DNA of 64,000 nucleotides from an uncultured Bacilli bacterium (GCA_947624085.1 CANQIK010000002.1:7639-71638); one strand, 5' to 3'; shown: positions 30,001 to 38,334, numbered from the stretch's first letter. The notes: generated by a model not told the origin, from the letters alone. Translations and numbers: made by a program.

Positions 30001-31621
30001 TCAATTTATAGACAATGTTTCTCAAGGAATGACTGGAACAGCATTAACATTGTTGGGGTATGCTCTTGCAAAAGCAGGCTTTGTATCTGGTGCAGGAGAT
30101 GATGACAAAGAAGGCAAGATGGATTACTATTTAGGCAATCAATCATATTCTTTAAAGTTTGGAAAGACAACATTTCCAATAAGTTGGGTTTCACCTGTTG
30201 CCATGCCTTTCTTGGTTGGAGCTAATGCATATGAAAAATTAGAAAATCAAGAAGAATGGGATGCTAATATTGTTATCGATACATTAGCACAAACTTTAGA
30301 TCCTTTGAGCGAAATGTCTTTCATTTCTAGTTTAACAGATGTACTGCAATCTTATAACCAAGGCTCATTTAAGATGCTTTCATCTATGGGTACAAAAGCA
30401 GCACAAAGTTACATTGGACAATTTTTTCCAACTTTATTTAGCCAAATAGCCGCTACCTTTGATGACACAAAAAGATCAACATCAGCATCTAAGAACAGTT
30501 CGTTTAAAGTAGCAGAGGAAACTGTAAGGCAGATAATGTATAAAATACCTGGTTTAAGGAATATGTTGGAGCCAAGCACTAATATATGGGGTGAAGAACA
30601 AAAACAATCGGATAACATATTTGTAAGAGCGTTTAATAACTTTATAAATCCATCTTCTCCTAAAAGCTATGCACCAACGAAATTAGAAAACGAATTAAAA
30701 AGAGTTTATAGAGAAACAGGTGACTCTAGTGTTATACCTGGCATTCCTTATGGCAACATAAAATACAAAGGAATAAACTATCAAATGTCGTCTGAAGAAT
30801 ATACAAAATACAAAAAAACTTATGGCCAAAATGCTAAACAAAAACTAACAGCATTGATAGATAATGATGATTATAAGAAAGCAACTGATGAACAAAAAGC
30901 TAAAATGATAGATCAGGTATTTGATTTTTCAAAAGCTATTGCTAATGAGGAATACTTTAAATCAATTAAAATCGACTTTTCTAGTGACAATCTAAAAACG
31001 ATAAAGGAATTGAAAGAGTTAGGCTTTAGCGACAAAACTATTATTGATTATACTGCAAAATATGCGATTATTAATTCAATTAAGCAAGACAAAACTTTGA
31101 CAAGCGAGCAAAAGCAAAAGAATATTGCAAGTGAATTAATAAATAGCAACTTTAATAATAAAGAACTAGCATATATGTATGATAAAGCAGGCTACTCTAA
31201 AAAAGAAAAATTAGATGCATTAATAACTATGAACATTCCTATTAAAGAATTTATAAAATTGGATAGTTCAGATATTAGCAGTGACTACGATACAAGTACA
31301 GGCAAGGCTATAACTAATTCTAAGAAAAATAAATACATTAAATATGTGGATAGTTTAAAGCTTTCTACACCTCAAAAAGCTATTTTAATAAAAATGCAAT
31401 ATAACTCATATAACAATTACAATGATCAAATTGTAAAATACATAGATAGCTTAAAAGAGACAATAAATGATAAAAAAATATTGCTTACTAGGATAGGATT
31501 TGATGACTACAGAAAAGAGGTTATTAATTATGTGATGTCGAAATACAAGAATCCAGAAGAAAGAATTGAAATGTTGAAACAACTAGGATACACAATTAGA
31601 AACGGAAGGGTGTATTGGTAA
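24008..31621 (+). CDS. Giant multidomain virion protein (2537 aa) with two zincin-like HExxH motifs; polyvalent or ejection-protein-like
   Basis: A single uninterrupted ORF with RBS aaggagg. HEITH at 26081..26095 and HETQH at 26882..26896. No tape-measure-like periodicity. Confidence 0.8.
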   Translation: MGLNLGTIYQQNLADEQKKRSNIQPNNNDSTKGIHIGTIYSQPKRKETSIETLQKKYVEEKENSYNKASNKLYNASKSLNNFLKQNKVDKFSNFAPTNKRDYNEPLKVPTKKDFIDTAKKAEEQQQKIYSSETYKGLKENVDKLSEEEDKAYREYRKAIGKEEEPWYRKILQTPEALKDGYDFGDITKTLLSTGGDIALSLEKSFQGIGQNALNLLNNAAAQVGDWIGQDEWADKVRENVKNNKATLIPGVSNPVHDMANLNNPVTNTNLEPLVNKDSILGDTSREAIQGVGYYTGMTALQSVGIPWQATAATTSIGSELPEAYANGATDGQAWASAINSAAWEVASEYISGGIPLPGTGKGLDKLASGFTEKLKNNTAKYLLEAGYQMGGEGLEELISGLGSSIGKKLTYMSDKDFAEIYSKEDALKDFVIGGAVAGLTNSINPTTWHNINSGKSLLTGRTSQEANSRNETIQKLSVEAEQSKGKPLSSKEKIDIEDYVDGTMLDTLYSLKADLENTEDDKAKASLTKQIEDLQDKITNVVLSTKSLDILQYQLNRQNQTIQSTMQSSAVNDENTMSSMLIQNNVKNSIAPQQNVNPSNQVFQFTTTGNTKVDNFLQSAVDSRFNNTKQSQDFLNSFSKVISDKGYNVLFDSTINKNGKSVNGQITTLKNGEVEIRINPNSNNAGEFLIVHEITHAVENEGLRELIINYAQKHYDFKAALQDKMNLYGTNEVTSEVVADISAQILGNQEFINSLTMQNTPQSKTLIRKIYDSIKRLVNTFTSEGRYKNFVQDLEQKWREAYRSTTQEQAVSNLKSNTSYSIGGIKAINSMADSKYKFDALYDYNRALEMAESGKYSNEQIRKETKWFQDKNGDWKFEFDDSSITLKTEILHKNGAYKLGDIIEHDYLFKLYPELKDYDVIFENMKANGSFNVKDKRIRVNNNLLNSTEYKSLKGTILHETQHAIQYIERFQTGMNARLSKKAYYTSLGEVEANDTKMRYMNDYTKEGRKNIAPESSKSHPTHPEYDNYMKNRGTIDKIKDAVYPLYGGILQNAKKNQEVFSENKRPNNRLVDGRGLLDNSSFSFDENVKRYDDLKSTNKIEFFKKDNGDIQVSLIDSNNNLVNQFDLISNNDAIKQLGNDIANYLIDNATDDYKTIYIGNDINNLGNATDYFMNHRPNEDGATSDNLANQNIETPGPKDLYEHPEYYFPMNEEYSRESIRVLNKIKGNPNADVTIYRATIGNEINPGDWVTLSKTYAELHNESQFDGKANILQKEVKAKDVKWAMDDINEFGYYPTDNNVKNSISNADKWQEYLDRHYKATGTRTNMNSIIAPTRNKGLDNSSFSFAQEQSNRLTQKEQVELNNLNNLPFELSQEEQNRKTYLENKAKGLIKYPELSPKITFEDIRNSYSKYKNLNDFNSNILDKAESFISGYRNTSRRTKAEWLEVAKFIGANLNAKNSTELEKYAIQSWHSAKPNIKENLNRQGQGYVKFSIDEWVNQIYKSAGVGETIKGSNNTKNSIKAPLKNSDTNKVVAPTRETLNSSSKVSNPSEIAQLTPEDANTTQKLNSKQRKWVKTSTESNPVKGKVLIENLDSAKTNYVVRSNESTLQSANSKLNSLGYDESISYIKSKMSDKKVDLEDIALAERLIQESIKNGDTKTASDLIMDVAILGTELGQKVQALSIIQKLTPEGQLAMYQKIVSRAKIKGEKAYTDVNITQDMVDTILGAYNEDGTYNQDDLNERVEIFKQQVAEQLKSSKSEKINEWRYLSMLGNPKTHIRNMVSNLAMTGTIKVKNAMARTGEAIASKLTTIERTKTWKKSSDTVTNFAKQTAEEMKSVISGESKYGEKASIESKKQVFKSKTLERISDFNSNALEAEDWFFSKRAFQNSFSEYLTANGIETQQDITNNAKLIEKAKLYAVEQAEIATFRQYSKLASLINKFERNNKVAGLAIGATIPFKKTPINVAKAGVNYSPIGLIKSISYDAFQLHKGNINASQFIDNVSQGMTGTALTLLGYALAKAGFVSGAGDDDKEGKMDYYLGNQSYSLKFGKTTFPISWVSPVAMPFLVGANAYEKLENQEEWDANIVIDTLAQTLDPLSEMSFISSLTDVLQSYNQGSFKMLSSMGTKAAQSYIGQFFPTLFSQIAATFDDTKRSTSASKNSSFKVAEETVRQIMYKIPGLRNMLEPSTNIWGEEQKQSDNIFVRAFNNFINPSSPKSYAPTKLENELKRVYRETGDSSVIPGIPYGNIKYKGINYQMSSEEYTKYKKTYGQNAKQKLTALIDNDDYKKATDEQKAKMIDQVFDFSKAIANEEYFKSIKIDFSSDNLKTIKELKELGFSDKTIIDYTAKYAIINSIKQDKTLTSEQKQKNIASELINSNFNNKELAYMYDKAGYSKKEKLDALITMNIPIKEFIKLDSSDISSDYDTSTGKAITNSKKNKYIKYVDSLKLSTPQKAILIKMQYNSYNNYNDQIVKYIDSLKETINDKKILLTRIGFDDYRKEVINYVMSKYKNPEERIEMLKQLGYTIRNGRVYW

Positions 31622-33096
31622 TGAATCAAGATAAAACAAGAGCAGTAACTCTTGAAGATTTAATAAGAAGATATGATTTGGAAAATTTAAAATCCGAAAG
31701 AAAAGTCATTAAAACAATGGCTACTACAATAGAAAATCAACATACTATTATAAAACAATTTATAAAAAATACATATAAGTACTCAAATGACCAAGCTAAA
31801 TTAACGGCTTGGTTTTTTAGTGGTCCGCCAACCCTTACAAATGAGCCTTTTTCGAGCCTCTTGGACAAACAAAAGCAAGAAGAAGACCATTTATACTATG
31901 ACCGAGATACTGGACTTGTATACCGCCTAGAAAATGACGGAGGCTATAAGTGGACTCTTATTGAAGATGATAGTTTGGCTCAGTCTATGGCAATAGCCAA
32001 TTCTGATCCTGATTCGCAAGATAATAGAAGAAACATTTTCTATGAAACACCAACTCCACCTTATGCGGTGGGCGATATTTGGATTGATAATAACATTATT
32101 ATGCGTTGCCGATGTTCTAGAGATGGCGATTCGTTTAAAGACACGGAATGGGTAGAACAAAAATATTACTCGGAATCAAATGTTCTTTTAGATGTCAGGG
32201 CAGTTCTAGATAGCTTTATTGAAAATGTTGAAAAAAATTATATTACGACATCAAGACTCGAAACTACTAAAAACACTATAGAGGCAGAAATTACATCAAA
32301 ACTTGAGGGTGTAGCAGATGATGACGGGTTTGTAACAGTAGCTAGTCTTATTTTAGCAATCAATGGAGCAGAGTCTTCTGCTAAAATTAAAGCCGATAAA
32401 ATTGCTTTAAGTGCTACTGATATTTTAAACCTTATAGCAGGTAATGAAATTAATCTTACAAGTAGGAACATTACGATAAAGTCGGATAATTTCAGTGCAA
32501 CTAAAGATGGCACTGTAACCGCTAATAAACTTAAAGCGACGAATGTTGAAATATCCGGAACTATATCAGGAAGTAAAATAAGTGGTACTGATATAAATGC
32601 CGGAACAATAAAAGGTTCGGAAATTAGCGGTGGAAGTATTAAAGGCACAAATATTGAGGGAAATAATATAACAGGTGGAACTTTACATTTAATAAGTGAT
32701 AAGGGAAATGACATATTTATTATCGAAAATAGTGCGCATACCAAAAGACTTGAAATTACAGGAAATGGAATCTACTATTACACAAGTGATGATGGTAAAT
32801 ATTGGTGGTCGGCATCCCACATTGATTTTAGAGAAACGCAAGTAGATATCACAGGAATTACAGAAAAAAATGCTATAGCAACAGGAACTTGCCAATTAAA
32901 CCAAACAGATACAACAGTGTATTTTAATAAATCCTTTGGCGTTGCGCCTATTGTACTATTGCAATGTATTGAACCTACTTCGGATGTTACATATGTTGCA
33001 CATATTGCAAGTGTAACAGATACTTATTTTAAAGCATATATACCGATATTAGGCTTAAATGAATATAAAAACTTTTATTGGATAGCTATAGCATGA
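31621..33096 (+). CDS. Tail fibre protein
   Basis: ATG overlaps the upstream stop (TAATG). Repetitive G-[ST]-x-I-x-G beta-helix-like repeats such as NVEISGTISGSKISGTDINAGTIKGSEISGGSIKG. Confidence 0.6.
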   Translation: MNQDKTRAVTLEDLIRRYDLENLKSERKVIKTMATTIENQHTIIKQFIKNTYKYSNDQAKLTAWFFSGPPTLTNEPFSSLLDKQKQEEDHLYYDRDTGLVYRLENDGGYKWTLIEDDSLAQSMAIANSDPDSQDNRRNIFYETPTPPYAVGDIWIDNNIIMRCRCSRDGDSFKDTEWVEQKYYSESNVLLDVRAVLDSFIENVEKNYITTSRLETTKNTIEAEITSKLEGVADDDGFVTVASLILAINGAESSAKIKADKIALSATDILNLIAGNEINLTSRNITIKSDNFSATKDGTVTANKLKATNVEISGTISGSKISGTDINAGTIKGSEISGGSIKGTNIEGNNITGGTLHLISDKGNDIFIIENSAHTKRLEITGNGIYYYTSDDGKYWWSASHIDFRETQVDITGITEKNAIATGTCQLNQTDTTVYFNKSFGVAPIVLLQCIEPTSDVTYVAHIASVTDTYFKAYIPILGLNEYKNFYWIAIA

Positions 33097-33108
33097 GAAA
33101 GGAGAAAA

Positions 33109-33396
33109 ATGATAGTTATAGAATTTATTAAAGACTATTGGACTCAAATAGTCTTTTTGTTTGGCCTATTTTCAGCCTTTTATGGCCAATACAAAGCCTC
33201 CAAAAAGGCAACATTATGCAGTTTAAGAAATGACATTTTAGAAATTTATGACAAATGCAAGGCTTCAAAGACAATATCGTGCTTTCAAATGGAAAGCTAC
33301 ATAGATAGTAGAGATTTGTATTTCAAGCTTGGCGGAGACGGATTTATTCATAGACTTGATGACATCATTACCAAAGAATTTAAAGTTGTAGATTAG
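33109..33396 (+). CDS. Small membrane protein
   Basis: 95 aa with an N-terminal TM segment. RBS aaaggag. Confidence 0.45.
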   Translation: MIVIEFIKDYWTQIVFLFGLFSAFYGQYKASKKATLCSLRNDILEIYDKCKASKTISCFQMESYIDSRDLYFKLGGDGFIHRLDDIITKEFKVVD

Positions 33397-33408
33397 AAAG
33401 GAGTAACA

Positions 33409-35295
33409 ATGAACGAAATAAAAGTAAAAGTAAACTTTGCCAAAAAGACCTTAATAAAGACAGGCACGGATTTAACTGTGAATGATTATAATTCCACAAA
33501 ACTTGTCTTTGATTTTGATAGACAAGATGGTACAAAAATTTTAGAAATGATTAATCCATCTGGCGAGTTAGTTTTGTTAGAAAATATTAAAGACAATGAA
33601 GTTATCTTAACTGGTAAAACGGAAGATGGAAAAGACGCGTCGCTGTTTACCGAAGAAGGTCAGTATATTTTTGAAATTAGCCTTTATGAAGAAAATAGCA
33701 AACTTACATCTGCTAGTGGTAAGTTGCGAGTACGTGCAGAACAAGTTGAAATAAACGGACAGGTAGTAACTCAATATCTACCTGTTTTTGATGAGCTGTT
33801 ATCAAAAGTAAAAGAATCACTTGAGGAAGTTGAACTTTTAAAGGAAACGGTTATATATGATTGCACTACGGCAAGTGAAAAAGCAAAAGAAGTATCGGAT
33901 AAAGCAGAAGCTGCTGCAAAAAGTGCAACCGACTCTGCTGAAAGAGCAAATAGTGTAATTGACCAAGCTGAACAAGCAATCGGAGAAATTGAGAGTACTG
34001 TTCAAGACATCGAAAAAAGTAAAGAGGAAATGGAACAAGCAATCCAAGGCAAAGTGTCTGAAATGGAAAGTGTAATTACAACTAATACTACCAACTTAGA
34101 AAATTCTATTAATGATAAGACTACGGCTTTAGAAGAGGCTATTAATAGAAAAGCAAATGAATTAAGTACCTCAATTGAAAGTAAAACAACTGCTCTTGAG
34201 GAAACGCTTAATACTACTAAGGATTTGCAAAAGCAAGTAAAAGATAACAATGATAGTTTAACAGAACAAATCACAAAGTCTAACGAAGAACTAACAGAGC
34301 AAATCACACAATCTAATCAAGCATTAACTAGCCAAATTACGGAAGCTACGCAAAATTTAACCAATCAAATAGAAGAAAGTAGAACACAACTTGAAACTGA
34401 AATCGGGGAGCGGATTGCCCAAATTACTACATTGTCGGTTGATGTCGTAGAACAATTGCCTACAGAGAATATTAGCCCAACAACTATTTATTTAATTAAA
34501 CCTGAAAATTTGCCACAAGATGTACAAGCTCAATCAATATCAAAGAATATTGCTAAAAATACGATGGTTATATCTCCTTTAAATACTAATGATGTAAGAA
34601 CAATAGCTACTACTGGAGTAGGCGAAGAAAACTTTTATTTAGCTTGTTTTTATGTAAAAGAAAAATGGACAATTGTCGGTTCAACAACTACTGACTTAAC
34701 TCCTTATGCAAAGACTGTTGATGTAGAAAAGTCTATTAATAGTGCAAAAACTGAAATAAACGGAAACATTGATACTAAACTTGCTGAATATAAGAAGTCT
34801 ACGGATATTACAAGCGAAATTACAAGTGCGGTAGATAGTGCTAAACAAGAAGTTAAAGCCGAAATACCTACAAGCACCGAAGATTTAACTAATGATAGTG
34901 GCTTTATAACTTCAAACGATATTCCTAAAAACATATCTACTTTCACAAACGATAGTGGATACATTACAAGCAAAGATATACCAACTAATTTATCTTCATT
35001 TACAAATGATAGTGGGTTCATTACAAGCGGAGCAATACCAACAAATGTATCAGCATTTACTAATGACGCAGGATATTTAAAATCATTTACGGAAAGCGAC
35101 CCGACTGTACCTAGCCATGTTAAATCAATATCATCTGCAAATATCACATCTTGGAATAACAAGGCTGAAAAGAGTGCAATACCTACTAAATTAAGTCAAT
35201 TAACCGATGATTTACTTATCCAAGCAAGTAGCGAAAGTAATGCGAAGAGCTTGTCTACATCAAACCCTGGCAAATATTATTACACGTTAGAGTAG
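33409..35295 (+). CDS. Tail fibre/receptor-binding protein with a coiled-coil shaft and four 18-aa tandem repeats
   Basis: Central heptad-repeat region. C-terminal FTNDSG(F/Y)ITSxDIPxN(I/L)SxF repeated four times (about 34880..35100). Confidence 0.6.
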   Translation: MNEIKVKVNFAKKTLIKTGTDLTVNDYNSTKLVFDFDRQDGTKILEMINPSGELVLLENIKDNEVILTGKTEDGKDASLFTEEGQYIFEISLYEENSKLTSASGKLRVRAEQVEINGQVVTQYLPVFDELLSKVKESLEEVELLKETVIYDCTTASEKAKEVSDKAEAAAKSATDSAERANSVIDQAEQAIGEIESTVQDIEKSKEEMEQAIQGKVSEMESVITTNTTNLENSINDKTTALEEAINRKANELSTSIESKTTALEETLNTTKDLQKQVKDNNDSLTEQITKSNEELTEQITQSNQALTSQITEATQNLTNQIEESRTQLETEIGERIAQITTLSVDVVEQLPTENISPTTIYLIKPENLPQDVQAQSISKNIAKNTMVISPLNTNDVRTIATTGVGEENFYLACFYVKEKWTIVGSTTTDLTPYAKTVDVEKSINSAKTEINGNIDTKLAEYKKSTDITSEITSAVDSAKQEVKAEIPTSTEDLTNDSGFITSNDIPKNISTFTNDSGYITSKDIPTNLSSFTNDSGFITSGAIPTNVSAFTNDAGYLKSFTESDPTVPSHVKSISSANITSWNNKAEKSAIPTKLSQLTDDLLIQASSESNAKSLSTSNPGKYYYTLE

Positions 35296-35303
35296 GTGGG
35301 TAT

Positions 35304-35828
35304 ATGATATATAGACAAGGCAAAAAAGTAGATACTTTATATAAAGGTGGCAACAAGATAAACAGTATATACAAAAATGGGAATAAGATATATTCGGGAG
35401 TGTTTGTACCGCAACATACAAATATAGTTACGCTTAATCAACTTAACCTTACGGGCGACCAAGGAGAATTACAATATATATATATAGCTAGTATTACTCC
35501 GGGAGACCAACGTAATATTATATTGAGAATAAATGGTAAATTGAATACATCTTATGGAAATGTTTGGTATGCTTTTAAAGTTGAAGCATTAGGTAAAGGA
35601 GCCTTTCCAGGTTATTACATTCGTGCAGAAGATAAAGAAATTGAAAATACTCCTGAAATAGACAACTATACGAATTATGTAGATATGGGTGGTGAAGCTT
35701 CTAATCCAGTAACAATTAAAGAATTTGAAGTAACATTTAATACTATTGTTAACTTTTATGTATATATAATAGATACATATACAGGAGTAATTAAGTTGCC
35801 TATAGTATATACTGCTAGACCATCATAG
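35304..35828 (+). CDS. Cassette protein, paralog 1 (in-frame reference copy)
   Basis: The N-terminal module IYKNG.K(I/V)..(I/L)Y is repeated and is shared with the two downstream frameshifted paralogs. Divergent C-terminal domain. Confidence 0.6.
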   Translation: MIYRQGKKVDTLYKGGNKINSIYKNGNKIYSGVFVPQHTNIVTLNQLNLTGDQGELQYIYIASITPGDQRNIILRINGKLNTSYGNVWYAFKVEALGKGAFPGYYIRAEDKEIENTPEIDNYTNYVDMGGEASNPVTIKEFEVTFNTIVNFYVYIIDTYTGVIKLPIVYTARPS

Positions 35829-35849
35829 GCAAATTAGAAAGGAGAAAAC

Positions 35850-36252
35850 ATGGCAATATACAAAAACGGAAGCAAGGTAGCAAACCTTACAATTAATGGC
35901 AAGAAAATAAGTAAAATATACCACGGGGGGGGTAATATATAGTGGTGATACTGGGCCTTACGGAACAATTAAAATTGAAAACTGGTATATAGAATTTAGT
36001 GGGGAAACTTGCACCCTTATTTTTACACTAGCTAGTAATTCCAACAAACAATATTCTGTTAAACTTAATCCTCCGAATTTAAATACTGGGGTGCCAGGAT
36101 ATAATACAATTAAAATCCCAGTAGGAAAATACAAGATAACAGCGAAATCGTCATCGGAATATTATCCTGCTAATTATACTATTGATGGAAGTTCTTATGC
36201 AATGGGTTCATATTTAGATATAGGTGAAAAAACAATAACAATATCAGTTTAG
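35850..36252 (+). CDS. Cassette protein, paralog 2, split by a G8 tract
   Basis: A 30-codon leader MAIYKNGSKVANLTINGKKISKIYHGGGNI* stops after the G8 tract. A roughly 100-codon open frame follows with no start codon. At G7 it would read ...KIYHGGVIYSGDTGPYG, matching paralog 1. Confidence 0.55.
35925..35932 (+). repeat. Homopolymeric G8 tract inside a coding region
   Basis: Eight G in an approximately 30% GC element. Candidate slipped-strand switch. Confidence 0.7.
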
Positions 36253-36330
36253 TAAGTTGATGTGATTAATTTAAAAATATAAAAAGCAAAATATTAATTT
36301 GAACTAGACAAAAAGAAAGGAGGTGTGATA

Positions 36331-36531
36331 ATGAGTAACAAGGTTTACGATATTTTGAAAATTATAGCTTTAATTATTTTACCAGCCTTAACTGCTTGCA
36401 CTGGAACTATTTTAGAAGCTTTAAATGTTTCATGCAGTGGTGTAGTGGTTACAATAATGACTGCTATAAGTACTTGCTTAGGTACAATAGTTAGCAAATT
36501 AAGTTCAGACTACAAAAAGAAAAATAATTAA
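36331..36531 (+). CDS. Holin (putative)
   Basis: 66 aa with two TM segments and a charged C-terminus (KKKNN). RBS aaggaggtg. Sits upstream of the endolysin. Confidence 0.55.
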   Translation: MSNKVYDILKIIALIILPALTACTGTILEALNVSCSGVVVTIMTAISTCLGTIVSKLSSDYKKKNN

Positions 36532-36544
36532 GAAAGGATAAATT

Positions 36545-37125
36545 ATGGCAATTTATAAAAATGGTAAAAAGCTCACGAACCTGTATATAAACGGGAAAAA
36601 AGTAAGCAAGATTTACCACGGGGGGTAATATATAGTTCAAAATATGTGCCTACTTCGAAGATTGTAAAAACAGAGTTTTTGACTGTGGATTTATCGCAAG
36701 GTAGAACATTTTATTTAGACGCAGGAGTAAATCTTGAATATAATCAACAAACTTGGAGTGAAAATACTAACATTCGTAAAGAAGCGAGTCAATGTACTGT
36801 GCTTGGCGTATACGATAATACTTTTCGAGCTTACCTCCATAATTACGCAAATGTCTTTTTCCAATTTTCAAATCATTCTTTAGCAGGTACACCTGATTTA
36901 GATGATTATTCAAAATATGGGAATAATGGTGTTGCCGAAGAGTCAACAAGCCAAAACATTGAGATTCCGGCTTCCGGAACTCCAGTAACATTTTTTGCTT
37001 ATGGAAGAGGTTCTACCGATGATACATACCCATATCCTAGCTTGCCTCAAATTGTGAATTATGGTTCAAAAAGTGAGGATGTAGTAGAGACAATAATTAC
37101 GATAAAAGGTGAAATATCGGTATAG
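36545..37125 (+). CDS. Cassette protein, paralog 3, split by a G6 tract
   Basis: A 27-codon leader MAIYKNGKKLTNLYINGKKVSKIYHGG* stops after the G6 tract. The downstream 159-codon frame (track ORF 36646..37125, GTG start) would fuse in frame at G7, reading ...HGGVIYSSKYVPTSKIV. Confidence 0.55.
36620..36625 (+). repeat. Homopolymeric G6 tract inside a coding region
   Basis: Six G at the same position in paralog 3 as the G8 tract in paralog 2. Confidence 0.7.
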
Positions 37126-37218
37126 AAAGGAGAATATATATGAAAGAAATTATAAACGAAGAAATACAACTTACAGAAGAACAAATTGAAGAATTTTCAA
37201 ATAAAAAGGGAGACGAAA

Positions 37219-38298
37219 ATGAGTAATTCAAATTTAGTAGATGTAGTAGTACCTGCTTACGAGGGAAATTACACTAAAGGTAGAAGCAAAAAAATAGAAA
37301 AAATAACCGTGCACCACATGGCAGGAAAGTTATCAGCATATCAATGTGGAGCATATGTTTTTCAAACGGTAGGTCGCAAAGGCTCATCAAATTATGGAAT
37401 AGGTAATGATGGGGACATAGGCCTTTACGTAGACGAGGAAAACACTCCTTGGTCTGACGGAATTTGGGATAGCAATTGTAAATCAGTAACTATTGAAGTA
37501 TCTGATTGCCAAACAGGTGGAGTTTGGCCTGTATCCGATAAAGCACTCAATAGTCTTATCAGATTAGTAGCGGATATTGCTATTAGAAATAATTTGGGCA
37601 ATCTTGTTAAAGGCAAAAATTTAACTTGGCATAGAATGTATGACTCATCTAATATTTGCCCGGGGGATTATCTAATTTCTAAAATGGATTACATTTGCCA
37701 AGAGGCAAATAAGATAATAAATGGCTCAAGTGATACCGCAGAAGAATATTTTGTACCTAATGGGGAATATGTACTAAAGTTTGATAAATGTATTCGTACA
37801 AGTCCAAATTTAAGCAATAACATATTACGTGCCGAAAAAGTAGATTCATTCACAAAAACTTTATTAGTTTCACTAACAGGTAATGCAATGCTTAAAGCGG
37901 GAACGGAAATTAAATGTTTAAACATAATTAAGGAAAACGGTCGTATCTGGGGCAGTTATGGAAATTGTTGGGTATGCCTACAAAATGCCGATGGGGAGAA
38001 ACAAGCTACAAGAATAGCGGATAATTATTTTGAAGCAGGAGGTACTTATAAGTTAAATCTTGCTAAGTGTATCCGTACAAGTCCTTGCTTGAGCAATAAT
38101 ATATTGCCTGCTCAAAAAGCAGATTCATTTACAAAAACATTGCTTACTTCAACAACAGGCAATGCTATGTTGAAAGCAGGTACTGAAATAACTTGCCTAA
38201 AGATAACTAAAGAAAATGGCCGTATCTGGGGAAGCTACGGAAATTGTTGGGTATGTCTTCAAAACGATGATGGCACGAAGCAAGCGACAAGAATTTAA
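37219..38298 (+). CDS. Endolysin: N-acetylmuramoyl-L-alanine amidase (amidase_2/PGRP type) with two C-terminal cell-wall-binding repeats
   Basis: ITVHHMAGKLSAYQCGAYVFQ...GIGNDG matches the amidase_2 signature. Two tandem roughly 85-aa repeats follow (CIRTSP.LSNNIL...GRIWGSYGNCWVCLQN). RBS aaaagggaga then ATG 37219. Confidence 0.85.
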   Translation: MSNSNLVDVVVPAYEGNYTKGRSKKIEKITVHHMAGKLSAYQCGAYVFQTVGRKGSSNYGIGNDGDIGLYVDEENTPWSDGIWDSNCKSVTIEVSDCQTGGVWPVSDKALNSLIRLVADIAIRNNLGNLVKGKNLTWHRMYDSSNICPGDYLISKMDYICQEANKIINGSSDTAEEYFVPNGEYVLKFDKCIRTSPNLSNNILRAEKVDSFTKTLLVSLTGNAMLKAGTEIKCLNIIKENGRIWGSYGNCWVCLQNADGEKQATRIADNYFEAGGTYKLNLAKCIRTSPCLSNNILPAQKADSFTKTLLTSTTGNAMLKAGTEITCLKITKENGRIWGSYGNCWVCLQNDDGTKQATRI

Positions 38299-38302
38299 AA
38301 AG

Positions 38303-38334
38303 GTTAGTCGAATAACTCGGCTAACTCTTTTTTT
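38303..38334 (+). terminator. Rho-independent terminator after the lysis genes
   Basis: gttagtcg-aataact-cggctaac followed by tcttttttt. Confidence 0.6.

Noticed and set aside
24008-31621. The giant gene read as a tail tape-measure protein
   Set aside because: It has two zincin HExxH motifs and a mixed beta/alpha composition with no long helical periodicity. No tail tube, sheath or G/GT chaperone genes accompany it. A multi-domain ejection or polyvalent protein is more consistent.
35925-36625. The G8/G6 tracts read as programmed ribosomal frameshift sites
   Set aside because: The two loci would need opposite shift directions (-1 and +1) to restore the same junction peptide. That argues for DNA-level length variation (or sequencing error) rather than a single programmed frameshift mechanism. 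It cannot be fully excluded.
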